From assembly GCA_036172245.1 (NCBI GenBank), contig JAYWIR010000011.1:1674001-1738000 (forward strand): 64,000 bases of DNA. Direction: 5' to 3'. The translations under genes and the position numbers were made by a program. The notes beneath the pieces were generated by a model. The model worked only from the letters and a program-made list of their open reading frames with translations, was not told the origin of the DNA and ran no database searches. Of this stretch, positions 39,829-53,120 are shown piece by piece. The stretch is from Raillietiella orientalis (Eukaryota). How positions within the stretch are numbered: position 1 is the stretch's first letter; every line of letters starts with the position of its first letter.

Positions 39829-40449
39829 CATTGTTGGAGCTCCCGAGCAAGCACGGTTTGCCACAGCTCTCTCGAGTTTTGGATGCTGTTCGCGGACAGG
39901 ACCCAGGGTCTCCGAAGAGCTCGTGAATTCCGAACCCGGTCACCGAGTTCCACAATCGGGTTCGAAACTCCAAAATTACGTCACGAGCTGCAGGCCCGGC
40001 TGTTTCCTTTCCAATAAAGTGCATTATATTTTGGAGCAGCTATTCGTGCCTTGTTTTGTTTTTTTCTTCCAAATTCCATCGCACTCCTTTTCTTTCTCTA
40101 GGTTCCATCGCCCATTATCTATTTTATTTCGGCTTCTTTAGGCAGCCACTTGCGCGTGGCACAAGGGAAAATTCAATTTTTTCCCCCATGAATTGGGCAA
40201 GACAAAAAATTGACAACTACTGATTCGTAGGGCCTGCAGGTACGAATGCTTGCAGAATTCGTATCCAGCGGTGGCACTGATAGAATCATTTTCCCTCTAT
40301 CTCTTTTATTTCTTTTCTCTGTTTTGCCTACTGAGATGCGATTCCTTTCTCATTAGTATCTACCCACATCCGGCGCAACATTAGAAGCCAACCTCTCTCG
40401 CTTTGCGATGGGAATCTTCTTTAACTTCTGGGAACCGACTTAACCATGG

Positions 40450-41100
40450 ATTTCAGATCAACGGTTCCCCTTGAAAGATGGAGGTTAATCTTCTGTGCAA
40501 AAGTTCCTTTCCTTTTGCCGCTCTGTTTTCGTTCGAAAAGAATTCCAACAGCTGTCCTGTAATGTGGCAGCTGATCCCAAGAGTCAGTTTCTCGAAGTAA
40601 ACGCCTTCTGCAGTGGCCGTTCGCAAGAAACCGAGTGGTCGAAGACTCCATCGCGAAGGTAGCAAGTGATTCGTACACACCCGAGCGTTGCGGCGCAGCT
40701 GGCTTCGAGCAAAGATGTTCTTCGAACCAGCAGAGAGACCAAGTGGCTTAAACGGCTCCAGAATCGCGAACGAGAATTTCGCCACAAGACTTCCGATGTC
40801 ATTTGCGGAGCATCGATGTCTGGGAGCGCTGAATGTCAAGTTTCCGACATCTGGTGGGGTCACTCGACTTGAGGCCCCATCGCGCGCTCCGGCGAACCAG
40901 AGACTCAAGCCAAGCAGAAAGGAGATGCGTTCCGAGCCCATTCTTCTGACGACGGGTGTGTCTACACGTTCCACGGGAAAGACCCTGACAATCCACTGTT
41001 TACCCAGGTGGCAAAATGAGCTATCCAAAGACTCATTAAAAGCTGTCGATTCGACAAACTGTTAAGAAGCAGTTGAGTGCATCAGGAAGCGCATTGCAGG
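40450..41100 (-). mobile_element. Degenerate LINE RT remnant
   Basis: CSANDI (YADDI-like) followed by EPFKPLGLS (FKYLG-like) in ORF 40453-41028. Confidence 0.4.
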
Positions 41101-41149
41101 GGAAGGGGATGCTCAACGGCCGTGTCTGAGTTAGCTCCTCTTTAGAAAC

Positions 41150-41900
41150 TGTTACTCTGCTCTGGAAGCTTAATCTGATGTTATAAGGCAAAGAGCCATC
41201 TGGGAAAGTATTCGCAGCATGGAAAACTACAAGTTCGTGTTAATTGATTTTCAAGCTCAAGAGAAGCTCAAGTTCGATTCTATCCGCTCAGCGTAAAGCA
41301 GCAAGCATGCTACGTGCTTTTTTCTTCTACTTCGTTTCTACTACTTGCTTCTTGGACAAACAGAGTCAGGAATATCTGATATCACCTTCGTCAGCGAATA
41401 CCTGAGAGCCACTGGCAGTAATTTACCGTCATTCAATGTTTCGTGCCCCTCACTGTTTTTTCAAGCGCGTAGAAAGGGCTCATCATGCTTGGCAGGAGGA
41501 TGGGAAGAAAATCTTTAGGCTGGCTCAATGAAACGGTTCTTGAGCGTAGAGCCAGTGGTGCCCCAGTACGGTGTCCGCTTCACTCGGGTGCACACAAAAG
41601 AAGACCACGTCCTTCGACGATCGCTAGAATCAAAACTGCAAAAACATACGCCTCACTACCGTCGGCGACACTCCACCACCGTGAACGACATTGCCCCCAT
41701 TCGAAAGCGTGCTCTAACATCCGCATCTGTTGCAGTGGGCTGCAGGATCACTACAGGCTACATACTGACTCGGCAATCGACGGTCAGCGAAATCCATCCC
41801 GGGTCACGGCAGCTATTCTAACAAAGAAAGTGATTGCGTCTACCTTTGCTCTCTTCTCAGGCACGGATCCGTATCGCCATGCGTGTTTTCATAGGTGATC
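41150..41900 (+). mobile_element. Degenerate LINE post-RT remnant (plus strand)
   Basis: EPVVPQYG (RP.L.YG-like) and CRITTG (LR.ITG-like). Confidence 0.25.
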
Positions 41901-42299
41901 CGGAAGAACGCCTTTCTGGAGCCGACACCCATTTGGAATCCTCGTTCTTCCAGCTGCTCCCATCCGGTTGCATATGCAAAATCGGGTTTATTTCAAAAGA
42001 ATTGACCGCTATTACGTACTATCGATACCGATTGCTTTTCGCTAGTACAGAATGTTCTAGAGACAGAAAAGGACCTGTAATTTTAATGCATTATCGATCC
42101 TTTCATCGGATTCTGTCAATTAAATACGAAGAAACGGATTATTATTCCTGTGGGGGTGACGGCTTAATACGTGGTGGCAGTCCTGCGAAAGATGGCGGCG
42201 CTCTTTGATTTGGCAGAGCTAGTGCAACTGGTTTTACAAGCGTACTCCTACATTAGACCCCATTCCAATCAGTCAGTACATTCCCTTAGAGAGTTCCCA

Positions 42300-43250
42300 T
42301 TAAAGGCAATGGATCCGACTAGATTTCCCCGAAGAAGCTCGCCACGGTGGAAAAAATTAACTCCCATCATCGGTTCCTTTGTGATCGAATACACGGCTTC
42401 CAGTGGGTCGGAAGCTGTGAGTGCACCTGCATGCAAGAAGCTTCTTTCCTGGAGACAGTTCCTCGACGAAGGAGGGAATCACTTCCGAAAAAAATCCCTC
42501 CGGCATTGCTGACTTCTCGTTTCACTGCGTCCCGACTGGCAAGCGGCGCTGCGAACCCCGGGGTAAAATCGTGCCTTGGGCTTCCGCGAGGGTGCGATCG
42601 TGACAAATGGACGAGTGAGCCTCTTAATCTGCAACTTTGCACCGAGGCTTAATGCGGAAATTCGTACTACAGCTCGGTAATCACCGGTCCCTTGCTGGCA
42701 GCTCCACCACGGAACACGGATGCCGGGATACGAAGGGGGAGCGAGAAGGCACGAGTTCATCTTCCTCCCTTGAGGAATCTCCATTAAGCGCACAAAGGGT
42801 ATTTACGAGTGCAGGGATTTTCGAGGAGGGCAGCTGACTTCAAGTTTCCAGGGAAGCTGGGAGATCCGTGTTCATCTCAATGGTGCGTCAGGGTAACGCC
42901 GCTGCTTCAGAAGTCCCTTCAGGGCGTTGGCGTAGATGGTGACCACCTGAAGTATCATTCTCTGCCTCTTCCGCGTTTGCATCCGCTCGTTGCCAGAGGC
43001 AGCAGCAACCCACAGCGGAATCGCCCGTTCTCCGACGGAGCGAACCACCTCAAAGACTCGACCTGAAGGTTTTTCAGGGTGCTTGGATGAGCAGATGGAT
43101 GGAAACCCAGCGGTGCGCTTGCCTCTTCCCCTTCTTAGCTCAGGTGAGCATCTTCGCTTCGTGCGGGAGGCAGTCGAGATGATCGCGAGCCCGACCGCGG
43201 CAGTGAGGATGGGAATTTCCACTCGCCTCCCGTCAAGGTCTCACGGGAGC
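42300..43250 (-). mobile_element. Degenerate LINE endonuclease remnant
   Basis: AVGLAI (GVAI-like), VVTIYA (NIYAP-like), RRDFF (RLD.F-like) and SDSL (SDH-like) in order. Confidence 0.35.
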
Positions 43251-43523
43251 AGCAGCATTGAACGTGGAGGGAACAGCCCTCTGGAAGTTTCGACTCCTCT
43301 CGGTCCGCTCCCGCCTGAGGCGGCCCTCCAGACATGCACTCTTGACAGCTCAGCTCTTTCGCGACCGTGTCCAGTGAGACGCAGGCAGGTTTCCGAGGGT
43401 GCTGAGGATGAGCTCTCGGAGCGGAGCCGATCTGGAAGATCCTGAAATTCCGTAGCGACGAGTTTTGGACCGGTATGGAAAGACGAGGAATGGGTGGGTG
43501 GGTGGACAGGATGCATCTCCCGC

Positions 43524-43696
43524 TTTGTTCCTTCCCAAGTGACCAGTACAACGCGGTTCTGAAAGAGGAAGAAATGTCGCGAGCCACTTCAAGTGCCCGC
43601 TCGGCAGAGGAGTGGGTCATGGAGGTCCAGTTTCTTCTCACCAGTGGCGTGCCTGCCTGTTCACCTCTACTTGCATCCGTGACCCATCTAAGGCGG
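43524..43696 (+). repeat. ~170-bp inverted repeat arm (partner 45101-45269), RT motif fragment
   Basis: Reverse complement of 45101-45269 with scattered mismatches. Both read FLLTSGVPACSPLL (SGVPQG..LSPLL-like). Confidence 0.9.
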
Positions 43697-43976
43697 TGTG
43701 TACCACAGAAGTGGTAGGGTGCTGGACGAAGCTCCCGCCCCACGAACAGCGAGCTCACCCTGTTTCTTCTTCAGGGCAAGAGAGGAAGGAGCAAAGGAAG
43801 CGAACGATTCCTCTGTGCTCTTGTGGCCGGAACGCCACGGCAACTCCCTGAAGCAGAGGGTTGCCACCCCGCTCTTTCGACATCACAACTCGCTTAACAA
43901 ATCCCCTAAGCTCCTCGCAAAATTTCGCAACCTTCCTGCTCTTCGGAAGTAAAAGACATCCAGAGAGTGGGGTCTG

Positions 43977-44061
43977 GTTCAAAACCCCGAACGATCAAAA
44001 TCTGCGCATGGAATATAAATAGATATATTGAGCATACATATTTATTTTTTATAATTTTCAA

Positions 44062-44136
<75 letters not shown>

Positions 44137-44338
44137 ACGATATAAGCAACAACCCGTATTAATTTTATTAATAAAATGGCATGCCACTGAACCTTAATAA
44201 ATGCATCCGTTCCAGTAGTATTACGATTAATAATATGTATGTGAAAAAAAATTTGAACGATCGTGCGCATTACAATAAATTTGTATATTAATCTGTGCAG
44301 AATGAGCACACGTGTGCTTAACTTTCGGGATTTTGATC
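43977..44338. mobile_element. AT-rich non-autonomous TIR element (MITE-like), copy 2
   Basis: Ends GTTCAAAACCCCGAACG and, reverse-complemented, GATCAAAATCCCGAAAG, the same terminal motif as 21203-21782. Confidence 0.65.
44062..44134 (+). repeat. Compound microsatellite (TATC)n(AT)n
   Basis: Directly visible. Confidence 0.97.
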
Positions 44339-45049
44339 ACCTCCTCAGGGAGAGAAGACCCCCTTAGGCAAACGGATGCTGTGTCATTCGATAGCAACGG
44401 TTCTCCAAGCGACTCCGCGCGATCCGTTTTTTGGAAAGGCATGGGGTAAATGCGATGTCCGACGGATTATCCACAAGGATGCACCTGGCAAACTCAATAA
44501 GCAGCAGCAGCAGGCCTCCCATTTCCATTCCCTACCGGAGAATGAGATCAAGATATTCCAGAGATGTCGTGACCGACTCAACCGGTGCCGTGGCGGCGCA
44601 TTACAATGCGATTGTCTTCAATAATACGTGCGCGGGTCATGCAAGAAGGACATGTACAGAGGGGGGACAAGACGGGATCAGCGACACGATTTGATCGATG
44701 GGCTCGGATTATCTTTTCTACGCATCTGAGTATGTAGCATCCGACGGGCAACGCGAACCACTAAAGTCTGCCTCCTTCGGAAGAACGCATCCCATTGAAA
44801 ACGAGAGGAATCGCAGCCTGGGAAGATCGCCGGCTCTTGAACGCTTCCGGTCTTGCATGGGCCGACATCCCGGGGCCCGCCAGCGTACAGACTGCTGATC
44901 CGAGGTGCCCCCTTCCCTCTGAGAGGCTATGAAGCAGGGAGATGGTGACTGGTTTTGTTTTTCTGCCATCTTCGCAGGAGGTGGCTCCACAAAGGCTGAA
45001 GTTCGTGAAGACAGCCTCGGGAAACAGGAAGTCCTCGTGTCAAATGCTA

Positions 45050-46800
45050 GATGGATACGACGCGACTCGCAGGCTTTAAGTTGCTGTGGGCCGTGATCCC
45101 CCGCCTTAGACAGGTCACGGTTACAAGTAGAGGTGAACAGGCAGGCACGCCACTGGTGAGAAGAAAGTGGACCTCCATGACCCGCTCCTCTGCCGAGCGG
45201 GCACCTGAAGTGCCTCGTGACGTTTCTTCTTCAGAACCGCGTTGTGCTGGTCGATTCGGAAGGAACAAACTCTGGTCGGAACGAGGTGAAAGCAGGGTGG
45301 GGGTTCAAACGCAGCTTGGCCCCAGGAAACCGCGTGCCATACCGATGACTCCCTGTCGTAGCTGAAGAAAGAAGGAATTCTTGTCTCCCTCCTGAGGTCG
45401 GATGCGTGACTCGAAAAAGTTCCTCTTTCGTGGCACTGCGGTCTTCCTTCCGATCGCTGGATCCTGTTTCATATTCCAGACTCTGAAGGACGGTGGCGTC
45501 CGCAATTCGCTTCCTGATTTCTCCCCGTGTCACTTACCGCTCCAGTAGGCACTTCCGGTGCTGCGCGTGCCTGAAGGAGGGAGACCCAGCGCCCGTCTTT
45601 CCTGGTCTCTCCCGTACCAGTTAGCACTTGCTCGCGCTCCGAGCTGGAGCCAGCTCAAGACGGAGGGTGGCCGTGGAGGGGAGGCCTCACAACTCCTGGA
45701 ATCTTGGAGGAGCTACGCCCTTGAGATCTTCGAGTTTCCCCGTTACGTTTTCTTCGTCCCTCTGCCTTCCTGAGAGGCAGTGATGCCTCTCGTGAGTTTC
45801 TCGTTCAGCACATGCGTAGTTTCGGCGACCTGAACTTCCCGGTCACTCCGCTCGGATGGGTCCTTGTATGGAGGTCATTCTTAAGACTTCTGAAGCTCCT
45901 GGAAGCAGAAGCTACCCCTTGGTTGGTCCTTCGCTCCCGGGTGACGTGCAATCGGCAGTGGCCGCGGACGAAACGCACCGGAGAGGCGGTCCATTCCCAA
46001 GCGCCGCAGTCGTGCTCTGCTCCATTGCATCTGCCTCAATGAGCGAGGCGTACTTTGAAGGCAGATCGAGGAGGAGAGGGACCGCCTTCAGACGGCAAGC
46101 AGAAACGCTGCTTCTGCAGCCGTCCTAAGACGAGGAGCGTTTCTGCCGCTTCCCCCTTCGGACGTGCACTCTTCCAGCTTCCGGAACGAAAGCAAGTTTC
46201 TTGCATCCGGTCGATCGCAGCTCCTACCTTGTGAACCTACTTGATTCGCCTGGGGGTCGCACGAGGGACGCACGAGCTCTGAAGCTCCCGCTGCATCAAA
46301 ACCGCTTCCGGCCGCTTCTCTGGTCAGTTCTCATCCCCGAAAGGCTTATAGGGACGCTTTACCTGTGGAAGAGGAGGGTATTCTTTGTCAGCTTTTGCGG
46401 AGCCGAGCAGGAGGAATAAGAATGCAACCGCGCTCTCGGCAGAAAGATTTTCCACCTCGGCTACGTGACGGCCAGAGCCACTTCTGACTTGATTCAGTTG
46501 CGTCCCATGTTGTTCTTCCTCATCGGGGGTCCATGCCGTCCACCTTCGGATTAAGCGGAGGGCATCCCTTGGAAGCCGCAGTCAGGTCTTCCCACGTGGT
46601 CCTTATTCTTTTTTGTGGATGCCGGCCACCCGAAGGTCTGTTTCTTGGTAGACTGCCTGGAGCGGTCGCTCCCAAGTGATACTCCCTCCTTGCCTTTGAG
46701 TCGAGCTGTGTGAAAGTTCGATGGAAGCGAACCTTCCGGTGAGAGAGGGAGACCTCGTGAGAGGGGGCAGGCGAGTAGGACATTCGATTTCATTTTACTG
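45050..46800 (-). mobile_element. Degenerate LINE ORF2 remnant (endonuclease end to RT)
   Basis: SLGSDR (SDH-like), FRSLKN....PSGVT (LKN.K.PGPDG-like), RGITA, LRQGV...LGP and LTSGVP..SPLL in order. Confidence 0.45.
46160..46692 (+). repeat. 533-bp direct repeat, copy 2
   Basis: Matches 38885-39417. Confidence 0.95.
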
Positions 46801-47349
46801 TTTCAAAATCGCTTCTTCGACTCCAGAAACCGGCATGTGGTAGCATTCTATGACTGCAAGAGGTTTTTCTGTAGCTCTTTCTGGTCGAACTCTTCGCCGG
46901 CGTGGCGACACACTCCTGGCAACCCACCGTGGTTTCCTCGAACCCCATGTCGATGGAAATCGCGGCTTCTTTTCCGTCCATGCCGCCCCTCCTCGGAGAG
47001 CTACGTGAGTCCCCTGATCGTGAGCTCCCCACTTCCGGCGCTGCTGAGCACGCCTCTCCGTTTTGTTTTCGACCTCACCGGAGACTCGACACCAGTGCTG
47101 GACTCGCAGCCAGCTCGTAGCGGTACTTTCGGCCAAGTGGCAGGGAGGCTGTGAGGACGCACCGTGTAAGGGCAGGATGGTCACTCACAGCAACGGAAAG
47201 ATGCATGCAAACTTTGGCTTACGATTGTCTCTCTGATCCATGGGGGAGGAGGACGAGCCAAGACTTGATGTGCGACCCGGAAAGCAGATGTCGAGTCCCG
47301 TTGCAAACGCAAACGAGAATTCCAGAAAACTGAATCCAGGCACCTCGAG

Positions 47350-48300
47350 AGTGCTAACCTTTCCTCCTCGTCAAGCACTCTCACGGTCATCATCCCCGCT
47401 ATTCTGTCAACCTTAATTTTCTTCTTCTTTTTCCCACGAGTAGGAGAAGCAGTGCGTGTATTTGGAAGACGCCGCCAAAAGTCGGTCCGGTCTCAGCACC
47501 CATCTCCGGCGGCGCTGCCATCTACTGGCGCTCAGAGAGCACGTCGCACCGGATGCTGTAGGAGTGCGTCGCCAGGGGCTTGAGGATTCTTCCCAGGTCA
47601 ATCTCGCGACCACCTCCCAGCTCACCCTCTCGGCTGCCAGCTGACCGTAGCCGGCCACCTCGCTCGCCGGGTGGTCTTCCGCTGCTGGAAGCCTTTGGCG
47701 ACCGAACGGCTCCGTGACTCCTCCCTCCTACCTTCTCCAATATTCTCATAAAGTCGTCCACTCAGTTTCTCTCCTGTTCTGATTGTCAGCAGTCCACTTG
47801 CGGTTCTTCCGCCTTCCCTAGAGATGGGTGAAATTCCTAGTCCGTTGTAGGTTTGCACATGAACCTTGGCAACACTGCTTTCCAAAGTAGCGAGGTTATC
47901 CTACCCTCCTTACCGTAGCCGTGAAGGCAGCTGAAGCTCTCGCAGAACCTGCAGGGCTTCTTATGTATCCTTTGTATCCAGCATTTTTGAAACGTCTTCT
48001 TCCACCACATCTCCATCATATAGCGCGCGAGGCCTCCACACCCATCTTATCGCCCTTGACAATCCCTTCCCTTAGAAATCTCTTGATATTCCTGGAGCAT
48101 TCTGCAGTGGTTTTTGCTCCGGGATTCTGTGATTGTTGGTCACTCCGCCATCCTGAGGATGTCGTCCTTCTGTTCTGTCCGGATGCATTTTGGTCTCCGT
48201 TTTTGCATTTTGCAATCATCGTCCAGGCAGGTTGGGTGACGTCATTCGTCACCTGGAAGTTGTGAAAACGTACATCGGAACAGGTCGCCGGTGACAGACC
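47350..48300 (-). mobile_element. Degenerate RTE-like LINE RT remnant
   Basis: GDKMGVE, GRITSLLWK, YNGLGISPISREGG (NYRGISLLS..GK-like), KGFQQRKT (QxGF...R.T-like) and IDLGR. Confidence 0.45.
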
Positions 48301-48899
48301 ACGCTCCGAGCTTTGGCGTCCCCTGAAGCTGTTGAGGAATTTGTTTGTTTCTTCGTTTGTTTGTCGGGCAAGAAGGTTTGTTGTTGAGAGCATTCACAAA
48401 AAAAAGATGAACGCGTTTTTGACTGGACCATGGAATAAACCCGAGCTGCGAACGCCGAAACCGAAGGGGTGAGAGTACCTCTAGCCAACCAAGCTCCACC
48501 ATCAACCAACACTTGACTGTGGGAGTCCACGGGAACAGAATGAGCGGTGCCAAAGCTTGGAAAATGCGACCACCAGGGGGTGTGGTAAGAAAAAGAAAAG
48601 AAAAAAGTCAGGGGCATAATTAGGCTCTGGTTTCTCCTCACGCTTGTAAGCCCGTGACCGTGTTCCCAGTGCCACCTTGCGTGCCCGTCCGGAGTTGTGC
48701 GGAAAGACAGAATGGCAAACCGGAAATTTTCCTGAAGCCCGAATAAGCGAAACCCAAAGACTCCAGAATCCCAGCACTCCACACCGCGTGCGCTGCCTGA
48801 AAAACAGAAGAAAAAAAAAAGAGAGAGAAAAAAATCATCGAATAATTCATTTACCTTAAGGCCACGAAACTTGCAAAGTAAAAAATTGCCGCAGGAGAT

Positions 48900-49750
48900 A
48901 CCAAGTGTGATCTTTATATAACAGTGCGTGCAAAAATCAGCACGTGGACAGATGAGATGAGCGTTCCAGCCACACGTAGAAATGAGAGCTCTTCAGTGTA
49001 CTTGAAAACCATCAAGTTTCTGCAGATACCACCCGTGAGGGTGCCACCTTCGAAAACAAGATAAAGCGTTTCCAAGTTCTCAGCGATGAATCTGTTATTT
49101 CTTTTGATGATAAGCCAGTAATGCATACTCGAAACGAATTCTTCCTTAGGTATGTAGAAGAGAAGTACGTGAGCCTCGTCGAACGACGAACAGGAGAAGA
49201 GAAGAACTGCAGAAGAGAAGGTCGCCGCCGGACTTCACTCTTTTCTCCTGCTCTCAAGCTGATCTATAGGTAGGCTCCTCCACAGCTGGAGGGTTCCACC
49301 ATCCATATTGGACTTTTCACCTCCTCCATTTCGCCCGCGATTTTTCGCTCCATCTCCTCCCCTCTCCTCCAAAATGTAATAAACTTGGCTTCCTGTATGG
49401 AAGAGACTGGAGCTCGGCTGATATCGCATTCATGACCAGATATACTCTGCCAGGACAGATTTGCATAACCTTACGCCGTATTAGCAGGACGGGAGTACAA
49501 GGGCGGAACGTCCTTATGAGGTCACGCCACATGCTGCACGTGCATTCGATATCTGAAATGGGTGCTCGCTGGCTACGCACCGACGCCCATTTCCTCTTGA
49601 GGGGTTAAAAGAAACTGGATCGAACTTCTCTGATCCCATTGCACTGCTGAGCAAATAGAGGGCCTCCGGCGATACTGATGTTTCGATAAGACATAACTGA
49701 TTGCTAAGCGGTCTGGACATTCTTCCTGATTCATCCATAAAACGTCTCTG
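48900..49750 (-). mobile_element. Degenerate LINE RT remnant
   Basis: FRPCTPVLL..RKV (FRPISLL...K-like) plus weaker downstream RT-like motifs. Confidence 0.3.
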
Positions 49751-50155
49751 AATTTTGGAAATTTCTATTTTCCACTGCTCACGAAATCTTTTTTTCCTTT
49801 ATTCAAGTCTTCGTTTCAGCCCGAAAGTTTCTGTGCATCAATTCTCTTTCCGCATCCTCTCCAGCCTGATAATCCAATGAGATGCAAAGCTGCTCTCGCA
49901 TGTGTCTCGTTTCGCGCCAAAACCCGCATGCGTGACGCGCCATCCCTGTGGATTTTGGGGAGCACCACCCCCTACGCTGCAGCGGGGCCTTCTCAGATGC
50001 GCTCCCTCGGTTCGCTGCGTGCCCTTCCGACTGCTTTGTTCCTCCTAAGGCGAACGGAGAGTCCCGTCCCACTCGGGAACGCAGGCGGAACGGGAGGAAA
50101 CGCTGCAGGTTGCGTTCTTCCAGGCGGCTAATGCCATCTCCATTTCCTCCCGCAG

Positions 50156-50285
50156 ATGCTGTTCACCATCTTCGTGGAAGAATGGGGGCAACGCTCTGGC
50201 TGAAATGTCAGCTGGGAGACGGCGCCGCCGACCAAGTGACCGTTGTCGCATGGTACAAAGGACATTTCCTGACACCCGTCTGCAA
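50156..50285 (+). CDS. Sidestep-family IgSF protein, exon encoding the first half of Ig domain 1 (V-set)
   Basis: Branch-like GGCTAAT, acceptor catttcctcccgcag|, donor AA|GTGAGT. Translates (x)AVHHLRGRMGATLWLKCQLGDGAADQVTVVAWYKGHFLTPVC(N), with the B-strand Cys and C-strand WYK. Phase 1 to phase 2. Confidence 0.85.
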
Positions 50286-51280
50286 GTGAGTAGGGTGCGG
50301 AGAGGACGGCTGGAGCGCGCTGCCTGCATTCTTGCCGCGCGGGCGAGACGGCGGACTTTCGAGGAGTCCTCCTCCTCGCCCTCCCCACGCGGAGTCGTTC
50401 TGTGCCGCCTGAACGGCGCTCCGGAAGCGGCGGGCACCTCCTGGGAAGCCGCTGGAGCTGCTCCGTTCGGTCGGCTCTGTCGATGAGAGTCAGGGCTGGG
50501 TCGTTCGCTCGCGAGCCAGAAGTCTCCAGAAAGTCCGGTTGGCTTTTCTCTGATCCCAAGTGCGTGCGCATGCGGCGTCCCCAGATCCCAAGGTCCTGGG
50601 AATGCTCTCTCCCGGTGGCCGCCGATTCTCTGGAAAGGCAATAGCTCGAAGAATGTCCTGCGTGTCTACCTTTCCCGCTGAGGTTGCTGCCTCGAATGGA
50701 CTAAAGCTGCCTACGGAGTATCGGCAAGGATTGAGGAAGATCCTGGAATGAGGATAATCTTCGATCTCGGATTCTGTTGACGATCATTCCGAGATGCAGT
50801 CGGGAGGTTATTTGCCGGATCGGCTCCATCGAATATCGCGAGCCCGGGAGGCGAGAAGACTCCGACCTCTCTCACCTCCCTCTCCCACACGAGACGAGAA
50901 AAATGCCCAAGTAAGCGGAGAAACAGACCAGCTCAGATGCATCCCGGATCATTCACGGGTGGAAGAACGAAGAGCGCAGGACAGAAGCAACGCTGGGACC
51001 GGAGGGCAACACCACAGGGACCAGAGAGGCCGGAGGGCAACACAGTCAGCGAGCAGGTGAGAAAGGGATTCCTGTTCCTCGCACTTGCCACAGTTCGGGT
51101 CCACAGTCCTCTGCAGCAAGAAAGAAAGACAAGGCGATAAACTTCGAAGGACTTGTCCGTTCACCTCCGGTTCCCACCCCCCGTTCTTCGGTACGATGGG
51201 TTTGTGCTTGTTGGACACGGAGCACCTCAACGAAAGAGGACCTCTCTGCACACACACAGGAGCGCACAGAGTTCCGTACG

Positions 51281-51897
51281 CTCGCGCTGGCGGCCGTGTG
51301 GCTGCTGCGGTCTCTGCGCGCGGGGCACCGAGCGTCGCGGGTTCGAATCCTGTCCAGGGAAGGATCGATGCCAAGAAATGGAGGGTGCGTCGTGGGTTCG
51401 AATTTACCTCTCAGTATGACGCTGGTTGGCCTGTAGACTTAGGAGCGCGGCACTGGTGGAAACCGGACGCTCCCGTTGACTGGTCAGGATTGGGAGTTGA
51501 TCCTCCGGGATCCTTCCAGGAATCAAGGAGCCACTCGAAGGGCACCTTCCATCGCTTACCATGGAGATGGTTGATGTCCCTCTCTGGGGGTTGTCTCTCC
51601 AGAGCTCAAGCACGCCTCTCCCTTCAGGGAGGGCCCTTCAGAGGAATTGGGGAGCGTCCCTTCAAGGCTTCCCTTCAGAAGAGAAAACGAGGAGCACATC
51701 CTTTTTGGGGGATTCCTCCGGAGAAGAAATGAGGATCGGCACCCTCCGGGTACCTCTGAGGAGGACAAGGAATAGGTTCCTTTCGGGGTTCTCCCAATAG
51801 GAATCCTTCCTCCGTAGCTTTCCTGGATTCATAGGGGGATCCCTCCCGGGATGACTCCTCACAACTTGAAGAGTCACACGCACTCTAGGGTGGCGTG
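51281..51897 (+). mobile_element. tRNA-derived SINE, near full-length copy (intronic)
   Basis: A-box-like TGGCGGCCGTGTGG, B box GGTTCGAATCC at 51340-51350, second GGTTCGAATT at 51395-51404. 3' end aacttgaagagtcacacgcac is shared with other copies. Confidence 0.72.
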
Positions 51898-52199
51898 AAG
51901 GATGCCAAAAAAGAGTTTCGTGACCTCCACCCTGTGCTGGAGGATGGTTCTTCAGCACTTGGCGAACCGAAAGGAAACGAGGATAATCTGCGTGCCTCTT
52001 CCTGGGACGGGGTGTCGTGGTCGCGTCTCTCCGATCCTGCTCGGGGAGCATTAGCTTCACCGGCAAGGACGCAGGCGTGCGCCCCCAAGCTTCCGACCAA
52101 CGCAGGAGAAAGTCGCGTGCAAAACGCGCGCGCGACCTCCTGCGCTCAAGAGCGGGCTGCTTTCATCCGTAGGTCGTCCTGCTTTAGGCGCCGGGAGGC

Positions 52200-52900
52200 A
52201 CGCGGAGTTTTGGCCATGTCGGGAAGTCGCGCCAGCAGTGCGTGACTGTTGATGCAACGCGTCAAGCCCCCCCTTTCGGCTTTGCGAAGTGAACCTACCG
52301 TGACCCGTCTCCTGGTCTCTGTCCCCCTCTCCTTCCCCTTTCCACTCTGCGCCCGGAGAGGGCAGCAGCTTCCGTCACGCGACATCAAGCCTCTGTCCGG
52401 GACATCCAGGACAGCGGAGGAGGAATCCATCCAAAGAGCTCTTGGAGAGGACACCCGGAAGCAAGATATCCGGCAGGAGGACCAGTGAGGTTCTTGCAAG
52501 AAGTGTGCTCTGGGCGATTTCCAGGGCGGAGCATCTCTTTTTCCACTTTTCTTGCCCGTGGCGCCGCCTGCGGTCGCGTGCTCCCGACGAGAGGACGCAC
52601 TCTGTCGCCTGGATCAGGTTTGCCAGTGACCTGGTCAGCTGGAAGATTTCGTTCCTAAGTAACCGGAAGGTTCCTCTGACACGCTTTCTGCCGCACTCGC
52701 CGGAGGGAGCTGACGATGGGGAGCTGGGGGGGGGAGGTTCCAGATTCCACAGATTCCTTCCAAGAACCTGACCTCCCCCTGTAGGGGAGTTGTGTGGAAA
52801 GCGCAGCTCCTCGGGATGCGCTCTCTCCTTTCCGGCGCTGTGCCGGACTCCTCCAGTGGGCGCGGCCGCAGGGAGCGGAGGTGTCTGAAAGATCAAAGAA
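52200..52900 (-). mobile_element. Degenerate L1/Tx1-like RT remnant (intronic)
   Basis: FRLLRNEIFQLTRSLANL (I.LLN.D.K....LA.R-like) and CPGCP (RQGCP-like). Confidence 0.3.
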
Positions 52901-52934
52901 CTCTCTTCCTCCTCTGAGACACCCCATTCATCGA

Positions 52935-53120
52935 TTCCCCGTCACTCGTCGGGGGCATCCGATTTCAGCCGCTACAACTGGTGCCAACTTGCGGGGAGAA
53001 TTCGAACCCACGACGCGCCCTTCAAGATGATGCACCTATTTCTCTGGCGTCGATCCTTCCCCCGGTGGGATTCGAACCGACGACGCTTGGTGCCGCGCGA
53101 GCAGAGCCCACAGTCACGTG
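52935..53120 (-). mobile_element. tRNA-derived SINE, 5' head fragment
   Basis: Minus-strand GGTTCGAATCC (53078-53068), then GGAAGGATCGA..CC.GAGAAAT and a second GGTTCGAATT (53008-52999). aatcggatgccc is shared with the 57620 copy. Confidence 0.65.

Noticed and set aside
51281..51360. Possible tRNA gene
   Set aside because: B box present but no convincing cloverleaf or poly-T terminator; the sequence continues into a shared ~600-bp body, so it was called a SINE.
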